A stretch of 64,000 bases of DNA from Piromyces finnis finn (Eukaryota; Fungi; Neocallimastigomycota): NCBI GenBank assembly GCA_002104945.1, contig MCFH01000016.1, positions 682,001-746,000 on the forward strand. The letters run 5' to 3'. This document shows positions 14,934-29,500 of this stretch, piece by piece (positions within the stretch are counted from its first letter, which is position 1; every line of letters begins with the position of its first letter). The translations under genes were made by a program, and so were the position numbers. The notes beneath the pieces were generated by a model. That model saw only the letters and a list, made by a program, of their open reading frames with translations. It searched no databases and was not told the DNA's origin.

Positions 14934-16187
14934 TTAATGATTAAAATTTAAAATTTCGAAATCATTATCTATTAATGAATATAAAAATATATTTTTAGTA
15001 TAATCTTTCTTCAGTATTTCCATTATATTATAGCGAATATCTTTTAGATAATCATTGTTAATAGCTAAAGAATCAGCAACTTTTCTATAAGATTCTTCTT
15101 CCATTATATTTCCTTTGGCTATTTGTTTTAAATCATGCATTTTCAAGTGAATTCCAAGAACCTCTGAAGTCTCATTACTTAAGCTCTTCATTAAAAGCTC
15201 AATTGAATGAGTAGCTCTGTCAATGATATTTCTTTTTTTAATCGGTTTTGTTTTTACTCTTTTATCTCTTGGACTTATAATAGTAATATTTAAATTTGGT
15301 ATATTTGGATTTGTAGTGTTTTGGGATATTTTGTTTTCTAATTATATTTAAAAAAATATATTAATTTTATTAAATTATTATATATATATATAACAAATAT
15401 CATTTACCATTTAAATGAACCATATTCTTTTCCGCTTTTCTATGCTTATTATTAAGTTCAACCTTATCTACAAGTTGAATATGTAAATAATCACATAATT
15501 CTTCTTTTGATACTAATTTATTGCCAGATAATAATTATATTAGATTATAGTATTTTTAATATAATATATGTATGTGTTTATAATATACCTTCAATTTCAT
15601 CATTTGTTGTAATATTTTTTACTTTAACTATTTATCAAAACATATTAATATGAATATTAATGTTGATGGTTTTATATTTATTATAATATATATTTTTTCC
15701 TTTTCTTTCAACTTTAAATATAATTTGATCATGACTAACCTGTTTTATTATCAGTTTTCATTTGCTCTTTTACAATAACAATGAATTTTACACCATCATT
15801 TTTACAAATTTTAGTTATTTCTTCAATTTTAATATCATTATAATAATACATTAAATAATCGGCCTATTTATTATGAAAAATGTTAATTAATAATATTATT
15901 AATAAATAAAATAATAAATAAGACAATAACTTACTGAAATATCTGCATCCCATAATTGTGTACAAATTTTTATTTTCTCATCTAATAATTTATTATTATA
16001 AGATATAATATAAACATCACAATGTTTAGGATACCATATCTTTGTAAAATCGTTATCTTTTCTATTTCTTAAAATATCTATATGTTTGTTATTTTTATCA
16101 ATTTCCTTTTATTAATAGATATAGGAGATAGAAGAAAAAATTTAAATTAAATATATATATTAATAAATAATTAAAAGTTAAAAAAAA

Positions 16188-16220
<33 letters not shown>

Positions 16221-19200
16221 TTAATAATAAAATCTTAATATATTTACTGCTTTTACAGATGTAATAATTTTTGCAATAGCTATATTAGTTCCTACAGCAT
16301 AGATTTTTTGTTGGGATGTTGGATGCTTGAATCTTTCAACCTAAATTATTTATTAATTAAATTATTAATGTTAAATAAGGTTAATTATTTAAATTATTAT
16401 TACTACTATATTAAAATAATAAAACTTACTAATGAATCATATCTACCACCAGCTGCTAATACTTCACTTCTTTTATAATAATCAATAGTAACTTGGAATA
16501 TAATACCGTTATAATATTGGAAATTATAAAGAAGTGTAAAATCAATAATTATAGGCTGATTGACACCGAAAAGTTTTAATGTATTAATTAATTGTTTTAA
16601 ATCCTTTAAACCTTCTGATGCTTTTGAATTATATTTTGTTAAAGGTTCTAATTTATGTTTAATATCTTCAAGAGACCCTTTCAACATTATAAAAGATTCT
16701 AATTTATTAAGATTATCACCAGGTATATGTAATTCATGGGAAAGTTGTTGTCTTATCTGTTTCCAAGTAAGTCTACCTAAACTGAGAATATAATGTTGAA
16801 TTGAAAACCTGTACTTTTCGTCTTTATTAATTTTACAGTAGTCAAAAATAGCGTTTACTAATTTTGGATGATTTAAATGTATACAAATATTTTGATTTTT
16901 GATAGATTCAAATTCATTTAAAATTTCTACTACAACTTTAATAACTTCAGCATCATAAGTCATTTGGGGGCAAGGTATTGAATGAACAATATCAAAATCA
17001 ACTTCTCTTACAAAACGTGGTTGACCACCAACAATATTTTGACGATAAACACGATCAAATGTATACTTTTTAAGGAATGGCACATTATTTCTTGACATAT
17101 ATCTTGCAAAAGGCACTGTTAAGTCAAATGGTAATTCTACAATACCACCTCCAGAATCCATTAAATATACAGCATTTTTATAATCATGTATATCTGTTTT
17201 TGGCATAAGTAAAGGTGTATTATCCATTTCTATAGCACCATGATTTCTAAATATATTACTTTTTTAAATAAAAATTTTTTTTTCGTATTTAATTAAAAAA
17301 TGGTTTATTATTTATATATATTATTACTATTAATATATGATTAAATAATTACGTCATTTTATCTTTTATATTTGAATAAATAACAGATTTTGATGGTTCA
17401 AAAACACCATTTCCAGAATTAAATTCATATGTGAAATCTGTATGTCGATCTATTTAATATTTTTATTAAATGTAACAGTTATTAATATGCAGTGTTAGAT
17501 AAGATTTATTATGAAATATATATATTAAATATTACTATATATTTACCACAATATTGAGAAAACAAAGACGACATTAGTTTATTATAATATGGTGTATTTG
17601 GATTTGCAATAGTACGTAATGTTTCTTGAATGTATTCATCTTGAGTATATATATATAAAGATTACATTATTAATTATATTATTACCAATTTATTTATTGT
17701 TTATTTTTTTTTTTAAAAAAATAAAAAAAAAAACACTTATAATAGTTATAATTTACCTTCCATCTTTGGTGGTAATAAATCAGATTGTAAAATTTCATAT
17801 GATGATGGTCTTATAAGTTTTTTTTTTTAAAAAAAAAATAAAAATTTACTACTTATGTCTAAAAAAAGTATATAAAAATTTAATGAGTATACCTCTTCTT
17901 TGGATCATGAGATAATAACAAGTGAATAATTTCAGATTGGTTTTTGTATTTTTCAGTATCAAAATCGGATGGGAATATTATTTCCTCTTTTCTTATGTTT
18001 TCTAAAATCTTAGCACGCTCCATACCTGTTTCCATTTTATATAACATTTCAAAAAGAATAATACCTAACGAATACATATCTACTTTCTGTTTTTATTAAA
18101 ATAAATTGTATTACTAATTTATTAATAATGTATAAATTTTTACTTTTATATTTTAAATTTATACCTGACTATATCTAGTATTCTTATTCTTGAGAATTTC
18201 GGGAGATACATAAAAAGTTGTACCAATATTTCCTGTTAAAAGGTAATTTTCAGTCATAGTATTTTCTTGATTTTTATCTTTACTTTTATTATACTTATTA
18301 TAACTTTGATAATTATTCTTTTCTTGAACAGCACCATCTACATTTCTGGAGTGAACATGATTTGTTATTGCTAAACCAAAATCACCAATCTATTTATAAA
18401 GAATAAATATATAAGTAAATATAAATAGAATGGATAATATAAACAAATATAATATTTTTACAATTATATATATTATCTTACTTTAACATCATCATTGGCA
18501 TCTAAAAATACGTTACTTGGTTTCAAATCTCTATGAATCTAATTTGTTTTTATAAATATTTTATACATTTAGTATAATTTGTTCCAATTCAATAATTTTT
18601 ATTTACTTAAAATAATTATTTAACATAATTACCATTCCTTGGCTATGAATATGAGCCAAACCTTCAAGAAGTTGTCTGAAATATTTCCATGTTTCTTCTT
18701 CTGTTAACAAACCTTCATCAATAACCTTTTTTTTTTTAAAAAAAAAAAAAATAGTTTAAAATACATATTTATTACATAATAATTAGTAAGACAATAAATT
18801 ACATATTTTTTGTATATTTATTCTTACATTTCTTAATGTTTTCTTTTCACAATATTGCATTTGAATGTATAACATTTTATATGGAATATCTGTTTTTGGT
18901 TCTGATTTTAAACTAGGTTCATTCTTTTATAATACAGGATAATTAATAAATATTATTTATTAAAATATATGTTTAATTTTTTAATTTAAAAATATATACT
19001 TTATTTGTTGAAGAATAATCTTGTGAAGAATAATCGTTTTCAAAAGTAATAAAATCATTATCATCATCATCATCGTTACTATCTTCATCGTCATTACTAT
19101 CACTATTATCGTTGCTACTGCTACTTGTACTATCTTCATCGCTTGTAATATCAAATGATCCTATTAAACATGTATACATTTAATAAAATTATAAATATCA

Positions 19201-22200
19201 ATTTTTATATATCTGCTTAATATAATTTTTTTATTCATATATTAATGAATAAATAATAAAAGATATAAAAAAAATACATACCAAAACAATTAATATTTTT
19301 TGGTTTTAGTAAATTACTAGTTGATGATATCCAATCAATAGTTGTTGATGATTGATTAACTAAGGATGAAAGCATATCTTCACTATCTGAAGATATTAAA
19401 CTATCATCAAATTCATCTTCATCTTCACTATCACTGTATTCCATACCATCTATTATAAATTTATTATTTAATAATTTATTATTAATAATATAATAATTTA
19501 CTATATTTTTTATCTATTTTTTACTTTCACTATTCTTAATATTGTTGTTATATATTTAATAATATGTTCATCATAAAATTTACCTGCTTCTTCAAACCAT
19601 GCTTGAAAATAACGAACAACATATTCATGATGTAATCTGGATAAAGTAGTAACTTCACGTAAAATCTTTTTATTATATTCAGAGTCTTTTGGATCCAACT
19701 TTACTTTTTTAATCTGAAAATTTTTATTAATAAGATAATTAATATTTTTTAATTGTTTATAACAATAAAATATATTATATTTTAATGATTAGTATAAAAT
19801 AAATATTTACTGCATATAAACGTCCATCCAATCTATTTCTAGCTTTAACAACTTCACCAAAACCACCTATTATATAATAATGAATATATATATTATATTT
19901 TAACAATAACTTTATTTTTTTTAAACAAATATATAACTTTTATGTAAAAATCTTACTTACCCTTTCCTAAAAATTCAATTTCTTCAAAATCTGATCTATA
20001 CCTTGAAACAACGGATCCAGAAGCAGTAGATGGATTTGATTCTTGATTAAGACTTTTTTCATTATTTTTATCGTTATTAAAGTGAATAGGGGCACTTTTT
20101 TGAAATAAGAAATTGTTACCAAAACTACCTTCTTTATCACTTATTGGCAATGAACTATTATCAATTGATATTGGTTCTTCAATATTTAAAATGAAAAATG
20201 GATGTTTTAATAATTCTTCTGGTGTTAAACGTCTACTACTTTCTCTGTTAAATTATTTTTGTAAATTTTTTTAAACCATTTATTTACATACATTAGACAA
20301 AATATTAAAATTTAGTTAATTAGATTAATGTATTTAATCAATACCTAGCTAACATAGTGGATAAAAGATTTTGGGCACTAATAGGAAGAGATAAAAATTC
20401 ATCTTTTAAGATTATTGATTTTATATAATTAATTTATATTAATTATTATATTAAATACTTTTTAATAAATAATGAGAATTTGAAACTTTTTATCTTTATT
20501 ACTTTTAGAAAAGAGCTCCAATGGACTTTTTACTTTATTAATAACATCTATACCAAATAACATCTGAACAAATACAACTCCTAAATCGAATATATCTGAT
20601 TTTCTATTTTAATTAGAATTTATATATATATATATAAGAGTTAATTATATTATATATATATTATATATATATATCAATTTATTATTTTATACCTTCCATA
20701 ATTGCTACTTCTTTGTAAGACTTCATGTGGTATCCTTTTATATAATTAAAAAATATTATTTAATAAAAAATAATATTATTATATTTTTAATTTATGCTTA
20801 TTACCATCCACGATTAATTGCTTTTTCTTCAATATTTGGAGCTAATGGTGATGAACGATGTAAATCTTTAATTATAAAATATTTGGATTTATTAATAAAG
20901 CAAAATAAAATATGTAAATAACTTTTTAAAAAAATTTTTTTATCTTATAAGTGTAATTATAAATACCATATAATTCTCTTGATATAAAAATATCAGAATA
21001 TTTTAATATTACACCTTCAGTCTCAATATTTCTATCATCCATTAATATGTTGGATAATTTAATAGATTTATGTAATAATTCACGATCATGAATCCATTTT
21101 ATCCCAACTAAAAGCATTTTCATGTATTCCTTAGCAATTGAAAATGATATTGGTTGACCACCATTCTTTAACATGAATTTATATAATGAACCACCCATAA
21201 CAGCTCTATTAAATAAGATAAAATAAATTTTATTAATTCAATATTCTTTATTTAATTATTTATTTCAACAATATAGAAATCTACTCCATTTTAATTGTTA
21301 TAACCCAATATCCATATGAATTAAATTGTTTTGAAGCAATAGACAATATTGAATCTGAATTTTGTCCAAGTGGTATTTTATTATCATTTAATAACGATAT
21401 GCTATTTTTTGATAAATTAATAGTATTAACTTCGTTTATAGTAACAATGTTCTCATGTCTTAAAGAATGAATCCTTTCTAACTCTTGTTTTATATCTAAA
21501 ATTTTCTTTTTTCCATTTGTAGTACCACAATAATAATTTCCTGATATAATAATAGTTTTTAATGCTAGTGTATCTTCGTTTGAATCTGATTGTGATATTA
21601 AATGAACTCTTGAAAATTGGCCATTTCCTAAAAATATACCTTTTGGATTTAAATAATAATCAATTTTCTTTAATATTTAAAATAAAATATCATATAAAAT
21701 AATGTATGAATTTGTTTTAATATAAATTTTTTAAAATAAATAAATAATAGTATTCTTATTAAAGGTTTTAATATAAAAACTAATATATTAAGATACCGAT
21801 TCTTCGTCTTCATAGTTCATTTGCATTTTACGTTTCATCTTTTCTTCTTTCATTAAAGTTTGTTTCTTTGCAATTTCTTTTTCAATCTTTAAATTCAATT
21901 GTTCAGCATCAGTTCTTGCCTTTTCTTCTTCTTCCTTTGAAATTTTTTGTTTTTCAAATAATTCTTTTTCTTGTTTTTTCTTTTAAAAAAAAATTTTTTT
22001 ATTATTATATATACTTTTATAATTTTTATATAAATTTATTATATACTCTAATTTGATATAACTAATACCTTTTCAGCAACTTCTTGTCTTATTAGCATTT
22101 CTTCGTATGCAGAAAATGATTTTTTATTATGTTCTGTTAAATAATCTTGTATATACTTTATAAATATGAATATAGAATTTAATATCTGCAATGAATTTAT

Positions 22201-22845
22201 AATTTAAATAAAAATTATTAAATAATAAAAAATAAAATAAAATAAAACTATTACCTGTGATAATTCATAAATCATTTCATTTCCAATTAATTCTCTTCCT
22301 AAATTTTTTATCGATTGTAATATATCTTCTATTTCATTATCTGATAAACCTTTTCCATTTTCTAAATAAAGTTCTGGTAATGAATTAGGATATAATTTTG
22401 TAAACCTATAAACATTATATATTACCTTTATTAATATTTGAAATTTAAATATTTATTAATAATTTTATTTAATGTTGATATTTACTTTACAACTAAATCC
22501 ACTGAAACATAAATTTCTTCCTCATTACTAACATCTAAAGGTATTAAATGAATTTTAAATGTAGGATATAATGATTTGACTTTCCAAACTGAGTTGTTTT
22601 CAAGTGAAATATAATCATCCTTTCAAGATTTATTTTCGTAAATTGTATATATTTAAAAATAATTTAGAAAAACAATAATAAAAATGGATCTATTGTTGAT
22701 TTTATTATAATATATGATACACAATATTTTTTTTTAATTAATTATATTTTATATTATTGCATGTTATATTAACCATAAATATAGCTTCCAAAGCTTCGCA
22801 TTCTAATTTTTGTCTTTCTTGGATCTCTTTATCGTTAGAATCCAT
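14934..22845 (-). CDS. GCN2: eIF2-alpha kinase GCN2 (RWD, pseudokinase, kinase, HisRS-like and C-terminal domains); about 30 introns
   Basis: ATG at 22845 (MDSNDKEIQERQKLECEALEAIFM; RWD). Kinase motifs SRYRSDFEEIEFLGKGGFGEVVKA, ILREVTTLSRLHHEYVVRYFQAW, IHRDLKPSNVF, IGDFGLA, TGNIGTTFYVSPE, DMYSLGIILFEM. HisRS-like LPFDLTVPFARY, FDRVYRQNIVGGQPR, LAAGGRYDSL. Confidence 0.96.
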
Positions 22846-22906
22846 TTTGTTTATAAACCTTTTTTATTATTTAATAATGTTTGAATTTTATTTCTTTCTT
22901 TTCTTT

Positions 22907-22908
<2 letters not shown>

Positions 22909-22990
<82 letters not shown>
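22909..22990. repeat. Poly(T)33 followed by (TTA)~16 microsatellite just upstream of the GCN2 start
   Basis: Read directly from the sequence. Confidence 0.9.
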
Positions 22991-22991
<1 letters not shown>

Positions 22992-23689
22992 ATGAATAAT
23001 TAATATATATTTTTGAAAAATTAAAAATATGGTTAGTAAATTATTTTATTTAATAAACATAATAGTGAATAATAACAATATGTATATAAAACAATAGTAT
23101 TTAATGAATAATAATGCTACTTTATAATAATATATATTAAATAGTTAATAATATTATAATAATTGTTATTATTCTTTTCTCTTTATAATTTTATATATTC
23201 AAGCTTTCAAATTTCACAATTATTTTTATTACATTTATTAATATTTATTTATATTATTTAAACCAACACCAATTAAATGTTGAAAAGGTCTTAGTTTTAT
23301 TTTCTTTTTTTTTTTTTTTTTTATTGCCTTTAAAATTTTATATATGATATTCTTTTTTAGAGCCTTTTATATAATTTTAGACCACAAAGGAAATATGTTT
23401 CAATAGAAAATAATTAAGTGCGCAAGCATGAAGAATTTTATCAATACAACAAGTTTGTTTTGAATTTACTTTTATAAATTAAAAATATTTATTTAAATTA
23501 TATAACACTTTTACCTTTATTTTTATTATTATTATTATTATTATTAGAATAAAAATGTTATTTAGAAGAAAAGATTCTTATAATAAATTTAGGTTGCATA
23601 TAAAGTTTATTATATATGTCATAAGTAGATATTTTTTGTAATATTGTTTTTCTCTTTTTTTCTCTTTTTTTAATTCTTTTATTTCAAAA

Positions 23690-23721
<32 letters not shown>

Positions 23722-24949
23722 GTGCTTTTATCTTTTAAAGAGTAATTTATTCATACATAATTAAACAATTAATTCAAAAGAAAAAGGAATAACCTTATTT
23801 TATATTAAAATTTCGATTTATATATAGTTTTAATAATAATATATATACATAATATATATATATTTATATTACTTTATATTAAATAGTAATATAAAATATT
23901 TTGAAATTTATCAATAACATCTATCATTAAATTATGAATTATTCTTTTAACAATAACCATGTAATTTTATTCATACATTTAAATGTAATATAATGTTTAT
24001 AATAAAGCATAAAAACATTATCACTAAAATTATAAAAAGAATTATTTGTTAATTAAAAAAATAAAAATAAAAATAATAAATTGAATTAAATATTTTTTAA
24101 TTTTTTCTTTCAAAAAATGTTTTATACTTTTTTGATATCAAAAATAATTATGGTAAAACTTTCTTATATTAACATATAGTTAAAATTTAAACTATCGTTT
24201 TATTTGTTAATAATTAACTAAAATAAAGTTGATAAAAAAATTTTGAAAAATACAGAATAATTAAAAGAATAATAGATAACGCCAATAAATTTTAATAAAT
24301 TTTAAAACAATAAATAACATATTTCTATCATTTTTTCATTATTGAAAAATTTGTTGAATGAGTATTTAGATCTCTTAATTTGCTCTGCTTATGTTATTAT
24401 CGCAATAGTTTTTTATTACAAATTATAAATAATTATCTATTTGTTATTACAAATTAAAAAAGAAAAAAATAAAGAAAGTAAAAAAAACTTATATATACTT
24501 TTAAATCATTTGTTTTTTTCATTTATTTATTTCAAAAAAAAATACACATAAACATTACTGTTATAAATTTAAAAATTGCTTCAATTAATTTATTTTATTT
24601 ATAAGTAATTTAAATATTATTAAATTAGAACATTATACATAATATTATATGTTGATAATATGATAACTTTTTAAAATATATATATATATATATAACTATT
24701 ATATTTAAATAAACATTTAAGAATTAATAAATAATCAAAACTCTTTAATAAAAAATAATTATTTTTAGGATAAATAACTTATTATAAGTCACATGTTTAT
24801 TCATGTGAATATATTTTATAAAATATATATTAAATTTTTTTGAGATTGATATTAATTAAAAGTTTTAATTAGTTATGTTATAATTTTATAACAACTACGT
24901 TACACAAAATTTTATTTCCAATCTTTGACTTTCTTTAATTTAAAATAAA

Positions 24950-24994
24950 AAGTTCCTTTTAAACTTTTTTATTTAAAAATTTTAAAAGGAACTT
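24950..24994. repeat. Perfect 14-bp inverted repeat (hairpin, 17-nt loop)
   Basis: AAGTTCCTTTTAAA (24950-24963) and TTTAAAAGGAACTT (24981-24994). Confidence 0.8.
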
Positions 24995-25668
24995 CTTTTT
25001 CTTTATATTTATTCAACCACAAGTTTATTAATACATAGTAAGTTAATCAATAATTAATGAATAGTAATATTTTGAATATAAAGGTTATTTAATATAGAAA
25101 TGTAACATTTTCAAGAATAATGTTATTATTAAATTCAATTAATTGATAAATTCTTATAGATTTCATTAGTGGTTTGTTTCTAATTACTATTTCAATATTT
25201 GAAATACTTAATAAATTAGTAATATATATATATATTAAGATTAAGATCATTTACCATTATATTTTGGAAAATGATATAATAATCAACAAACTATAAAAAT
25301 ACCTTTCTTATTTTCAAAATACCTTAAAAGTGATATTTTTTAAAGAATTTAAATATATAAATTTAAATTAATATTTAATAAAGTTAAATGATAATCTATA
25401 CATTCATACATTTATTTTTAATTTTTATATATAATTAAAACTTAGGAACAAAAATTATAAATAATTTTATTTTTTTATTTTTTTTTAATTTTTTTTTTCT
25501 TTATTTATTTTTTATTCTTATTATTACTATTAAAAAAATTATATATATATATAATATAAGAATGTGTTACATTAAGTAATAGAAATTAAAAAAAAAAAAA
25601 AAGAAGAAAAGAAAGAAAATAATTATAAAAATTGTAAAATAAATAAATATTTAATAAAGCCTTAGGAG

Positions 25669-25699
<31 letters not shown>

Positions 25700-26592
25700 A
25701 AGAAAAAGAAGGAAAGAAGGAAGAAAAGTAAAGAAAATATAAAAAAGTACTATAAAAATAAAATCATCAATTTAAATAAAATTTAGCATAAAGCAAAAGT
25801 TAATGTATTGTTAAATATTTTTTAGAATTATTAATAGTATTTTCTTTGTTACTGTTTTTTAACCAAAAATACAATAAAAAGAATTTATTACAATTGATTT
25901 TAATAATAAATCTGAATAACATTTATAATATTAATTTTGGGATATAATTAATAATATTTTTCAAATAAATAAAAAATAAATATATATAAATAAGAAAAAA
26001 CAAAAAATATATATAAAATTTTAATATTTTTTTTTAAAATAAAATAAAAAATAATAATAATAAAAAAAAGATATTGTAAAGTAAATATAAGTAAAATAAT
26101 ACAATGAATACATTAATTCATATTTAAATCTTATTTAAATTTATTAAACTATAATTATTTTGTAAGATTTAATTTCAATTCGCTTTTTAATAAATAAATA
26201 TAAATTTCAAAAAAGAAAAACGAAGAAAAAGTACATAATCAATATAAACAATAACAAATGTTTTTGATTTTGATTTTAAAAAAATAATAAATAATAAATA
26301 CGTTTTTAAAAGTAAAATAATAATATCAAATAGTTCAACGATCTTTAGTAATTAAAAACATATATTCATTTCTTTCTTTTTTTTTTATTTTTTTTTTAAT
26401 TATCAGATTAACAGATATCTTATTAATTATAAAAAGTATAAAGTAATAAAAAAATTATAATTCTTTGAAAATAATGCTTTTTTCTTTTTTTTCATGTTTT
26501 TATTATAATTATTTCGATATATTTATTAATTATTGTATATTTTTTAATAATTATTTTTCAATTATATATTTTCATTATAGTAAATACTCAAA

Positions 26593-29500
26593 ATGTCGTG
26601 GCTTCTTAAAAGAGTCGTAACACATAAAAAAAGCTCAAAATTAAAATTAACAAGAAAACCATATTACACTTCATATAATAATTTAATTGATAAAGATATT
26701 CAAAATTTCAATAGTGAAAAATTAGATTCACAAAAACGTACTTTTACTAGATGGTGTAATGCACAACTATCAAAAGTTGAAATACCATATCCATTAGATA
26801 CCCCAAATACTTCATTTATTGGAGGTATACCGAGTCAACAATATAGTTATCTTATAATAGACTTAGGTACTGACCTTCAGGATGGTATAAGACTATTAAA
26901 ACTACTTGAAATATTATCTGGTGTTGAAACACCTAAACCAGAGCGCACTGGCAAAGTTATGATGAGGATTCACAAAATTTTAAATGTTGGAAAAGCATTA
27001 ACATTTTTACAGTCACAATTACAAGAACCATTACAAAATATAGGGAGTGAAGATATTGTAGATGGTAATTTAAAATTAACTATGGCTCTTATTTGGATTT
27101 TAATTTCAAAATATAAAATTAGTATGGCATTTGAACAAGAATATCAAGAATATGAAGAAGAAACAGATAGTATTATTGAGGAAATAACCGAGGAAAATGA
27201 AGAGGAATTCTCGGAAATGAAAGAAAATAAAGAAAATTTTGATATATATCAAACTGAAACCGAGGTATTTATATTATTTCTTTTTAAAATCTTTATTTTT
27301 TTATATAATAGAATATCTATCAATAGTTTGAATGGTTTAATTATGAAATATGAATAATAGCTAAACAACAAAAACAAAAAATATATATATTAATTTAATA
27401 GAATATTTTTGATTGTAATAAAATTAATAAATGGACGGATAAATAAATTTTAATTAATATATATATAAGCAATATATAATAATATATCATTAAATAAATA
27501 ATAATAAATTATCAAAACAAAACAAAAAAAAAATAAAAAAAAAAATAAAGATTAAAATTAAAAATAAATAAAAATAATAAGAAATTAAATAAAGATTATA
27601 TAGATTAGAAAACAGACGTCAATTAAAATAAAAGAAATTTTATTTTAATGTAGTTAAAAAGGAAACGTTGTTTTCTTGTGTTATTATTATAAATTAATCA
27701 AACATGAAAAAAAAATAGTAAATTAATTTTTTTTTTTATAATGCCTTTGATAATCAAATTTGAATAAAATGAAATTTTTTTCAAAAAAGTTAAATGATTT
27801 CACTCATTCAACATTTATAAAACGTTCCAATGGTATTAAAAGACAAAGTGTTAATCATCCTATTTCCCCTGATGAGATAACTAATGAGCAAAAAATAGCG
27901 AAAGATTCTTGGAATACAGAAGATTCAGGTTTATCTAAACCTGAGTTTTTAACTTCAAAAAAGAATACTTGGAGAAGATCGACAATTCGTCATTCTAAAA
28001 CTCTTAATAGAAGACTTTCAACTATTAATAATGGCAGTTTAAACATTAAAACAGATGGTTTAAATAATGATAAAAATAGTCCTTTAAGAAAGTCTACTTC
28101 TGTTGCATCCCCATTAGCATCCCAAAATCCAAAAATGTTATTGCTTAATTGGTGCCAAAATATACTAAAGCCTTATGTTGACTTAGAAATTTCCGAACCA
28201 ATTAAAGATTTTTCAAAATCATGGCAAAATGGTGTAGCCTTTTTATCACTTATTCATTCTATTAGAAATGATATTGTTCCTGAAATAGACATTTTAATTC
28301 AAGAAAAAGTAGAAAATGATAATAAATTTATTAATGTACTACCAACGCCAAAGCGAACTGCTTCTCTTTCAAACCCATCATCAAATTCAACTTTTAAATT
28401 ATATATCACAGAACCAAAGGATTGGTACAACAATTTGGAAAGAGCTTTTAACCTTGCTGAAAAATACTTTAAAATTATTCCTTTAATTGAACCAAACGAT
28501 ATTGTAAGTTTTAAAAATCCAGATGAAAGAATCATTATGACATATATTAGTGAGTTTTATTGGTACATAAATAAAGGAAAGAAGTTAGCAAGAGAAGGAA
28601 GAAAGAGTTTATCATCTTCTGTATGTAGTGAAAATGAAAGTAATAGCGATAATTTGGAAGTGCATCCAAAGACCAGAAAAAGAGGTAAAAAAAATATTTA
28701 ATAATATATAATATATGTTGCTTGTTAATTATGAGATTATATTTTATTTTTATTTTGTTATCCTATTATATATTAATAGAGTTAAATATTATATTTATTA
28801 TTATTGTTTTTTATTATAAATTATTTTTTATAAATTTATTTTACAATTAAAATAATATAGCAAACACAAGTACAAGTATGACAATAAATAGTAGTCACAA
28901 TATAAACGAGCATACTTTAAGAAGTTCAAAATCACAAAGTCAAATAAGTTTAAATAAAAAACATAGCAATTTAAGTTTTAAAAGTATAAATTCTATTTTT
29001 AATAAAAGTTCAAGCGGTAGAAGTTCACCTGAATCAACTGGAAAATCAAATAAATCATTTACATTTGATTTCTTTAATTCAAACAACAATATAAATGTTA
29101 ATGAAAACAATAATAACTCTGAAAATAACAAAGTTGATGAACAAAATAATAGAAAAATTAACGATGATTATTCTACGCAATTTAAAAACAATAATTATTT
29201 AAATAATAAAGATGATTTACAGCAAAGATTGGATAATGAAATTAAAAATTATCTAATTATAGCCGATAGATTTTCACTTTGGATTAAAGAAACTCAACAA
29301 ATTCAATATCAAATTCTTTGGTTCTTATTTTCTATGACAAATGCTAATGAAACATTAGAACAGTTAGCACCTCCAAAATCTTCAATATCACCCATATATA
29401 ATCCAATTTTTGATATTAATTCAAATGTTGATGATTTAGATTCAACTGTTAAGGTTTGTGTTGATAATTTAGAAAAAGATATAAATAATTTAGATAATGG

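Noticed and set aside
22757-22999. ORF ending in poly-Phe/poly-Leu that looks like a membrane peptide
   Set aside because: It is the translation of the poly(T) and (TTA)n microsatellite, antisense to GCN2 exon 1.
24318-24428. Short open frame with a TM-like segment (LLNEYLDLLICSAYVIIAIVFYYKL)
   Set aside because: No ATG or convincing splice sites; hydrophobic frames arise readily in AT-rich DNA.
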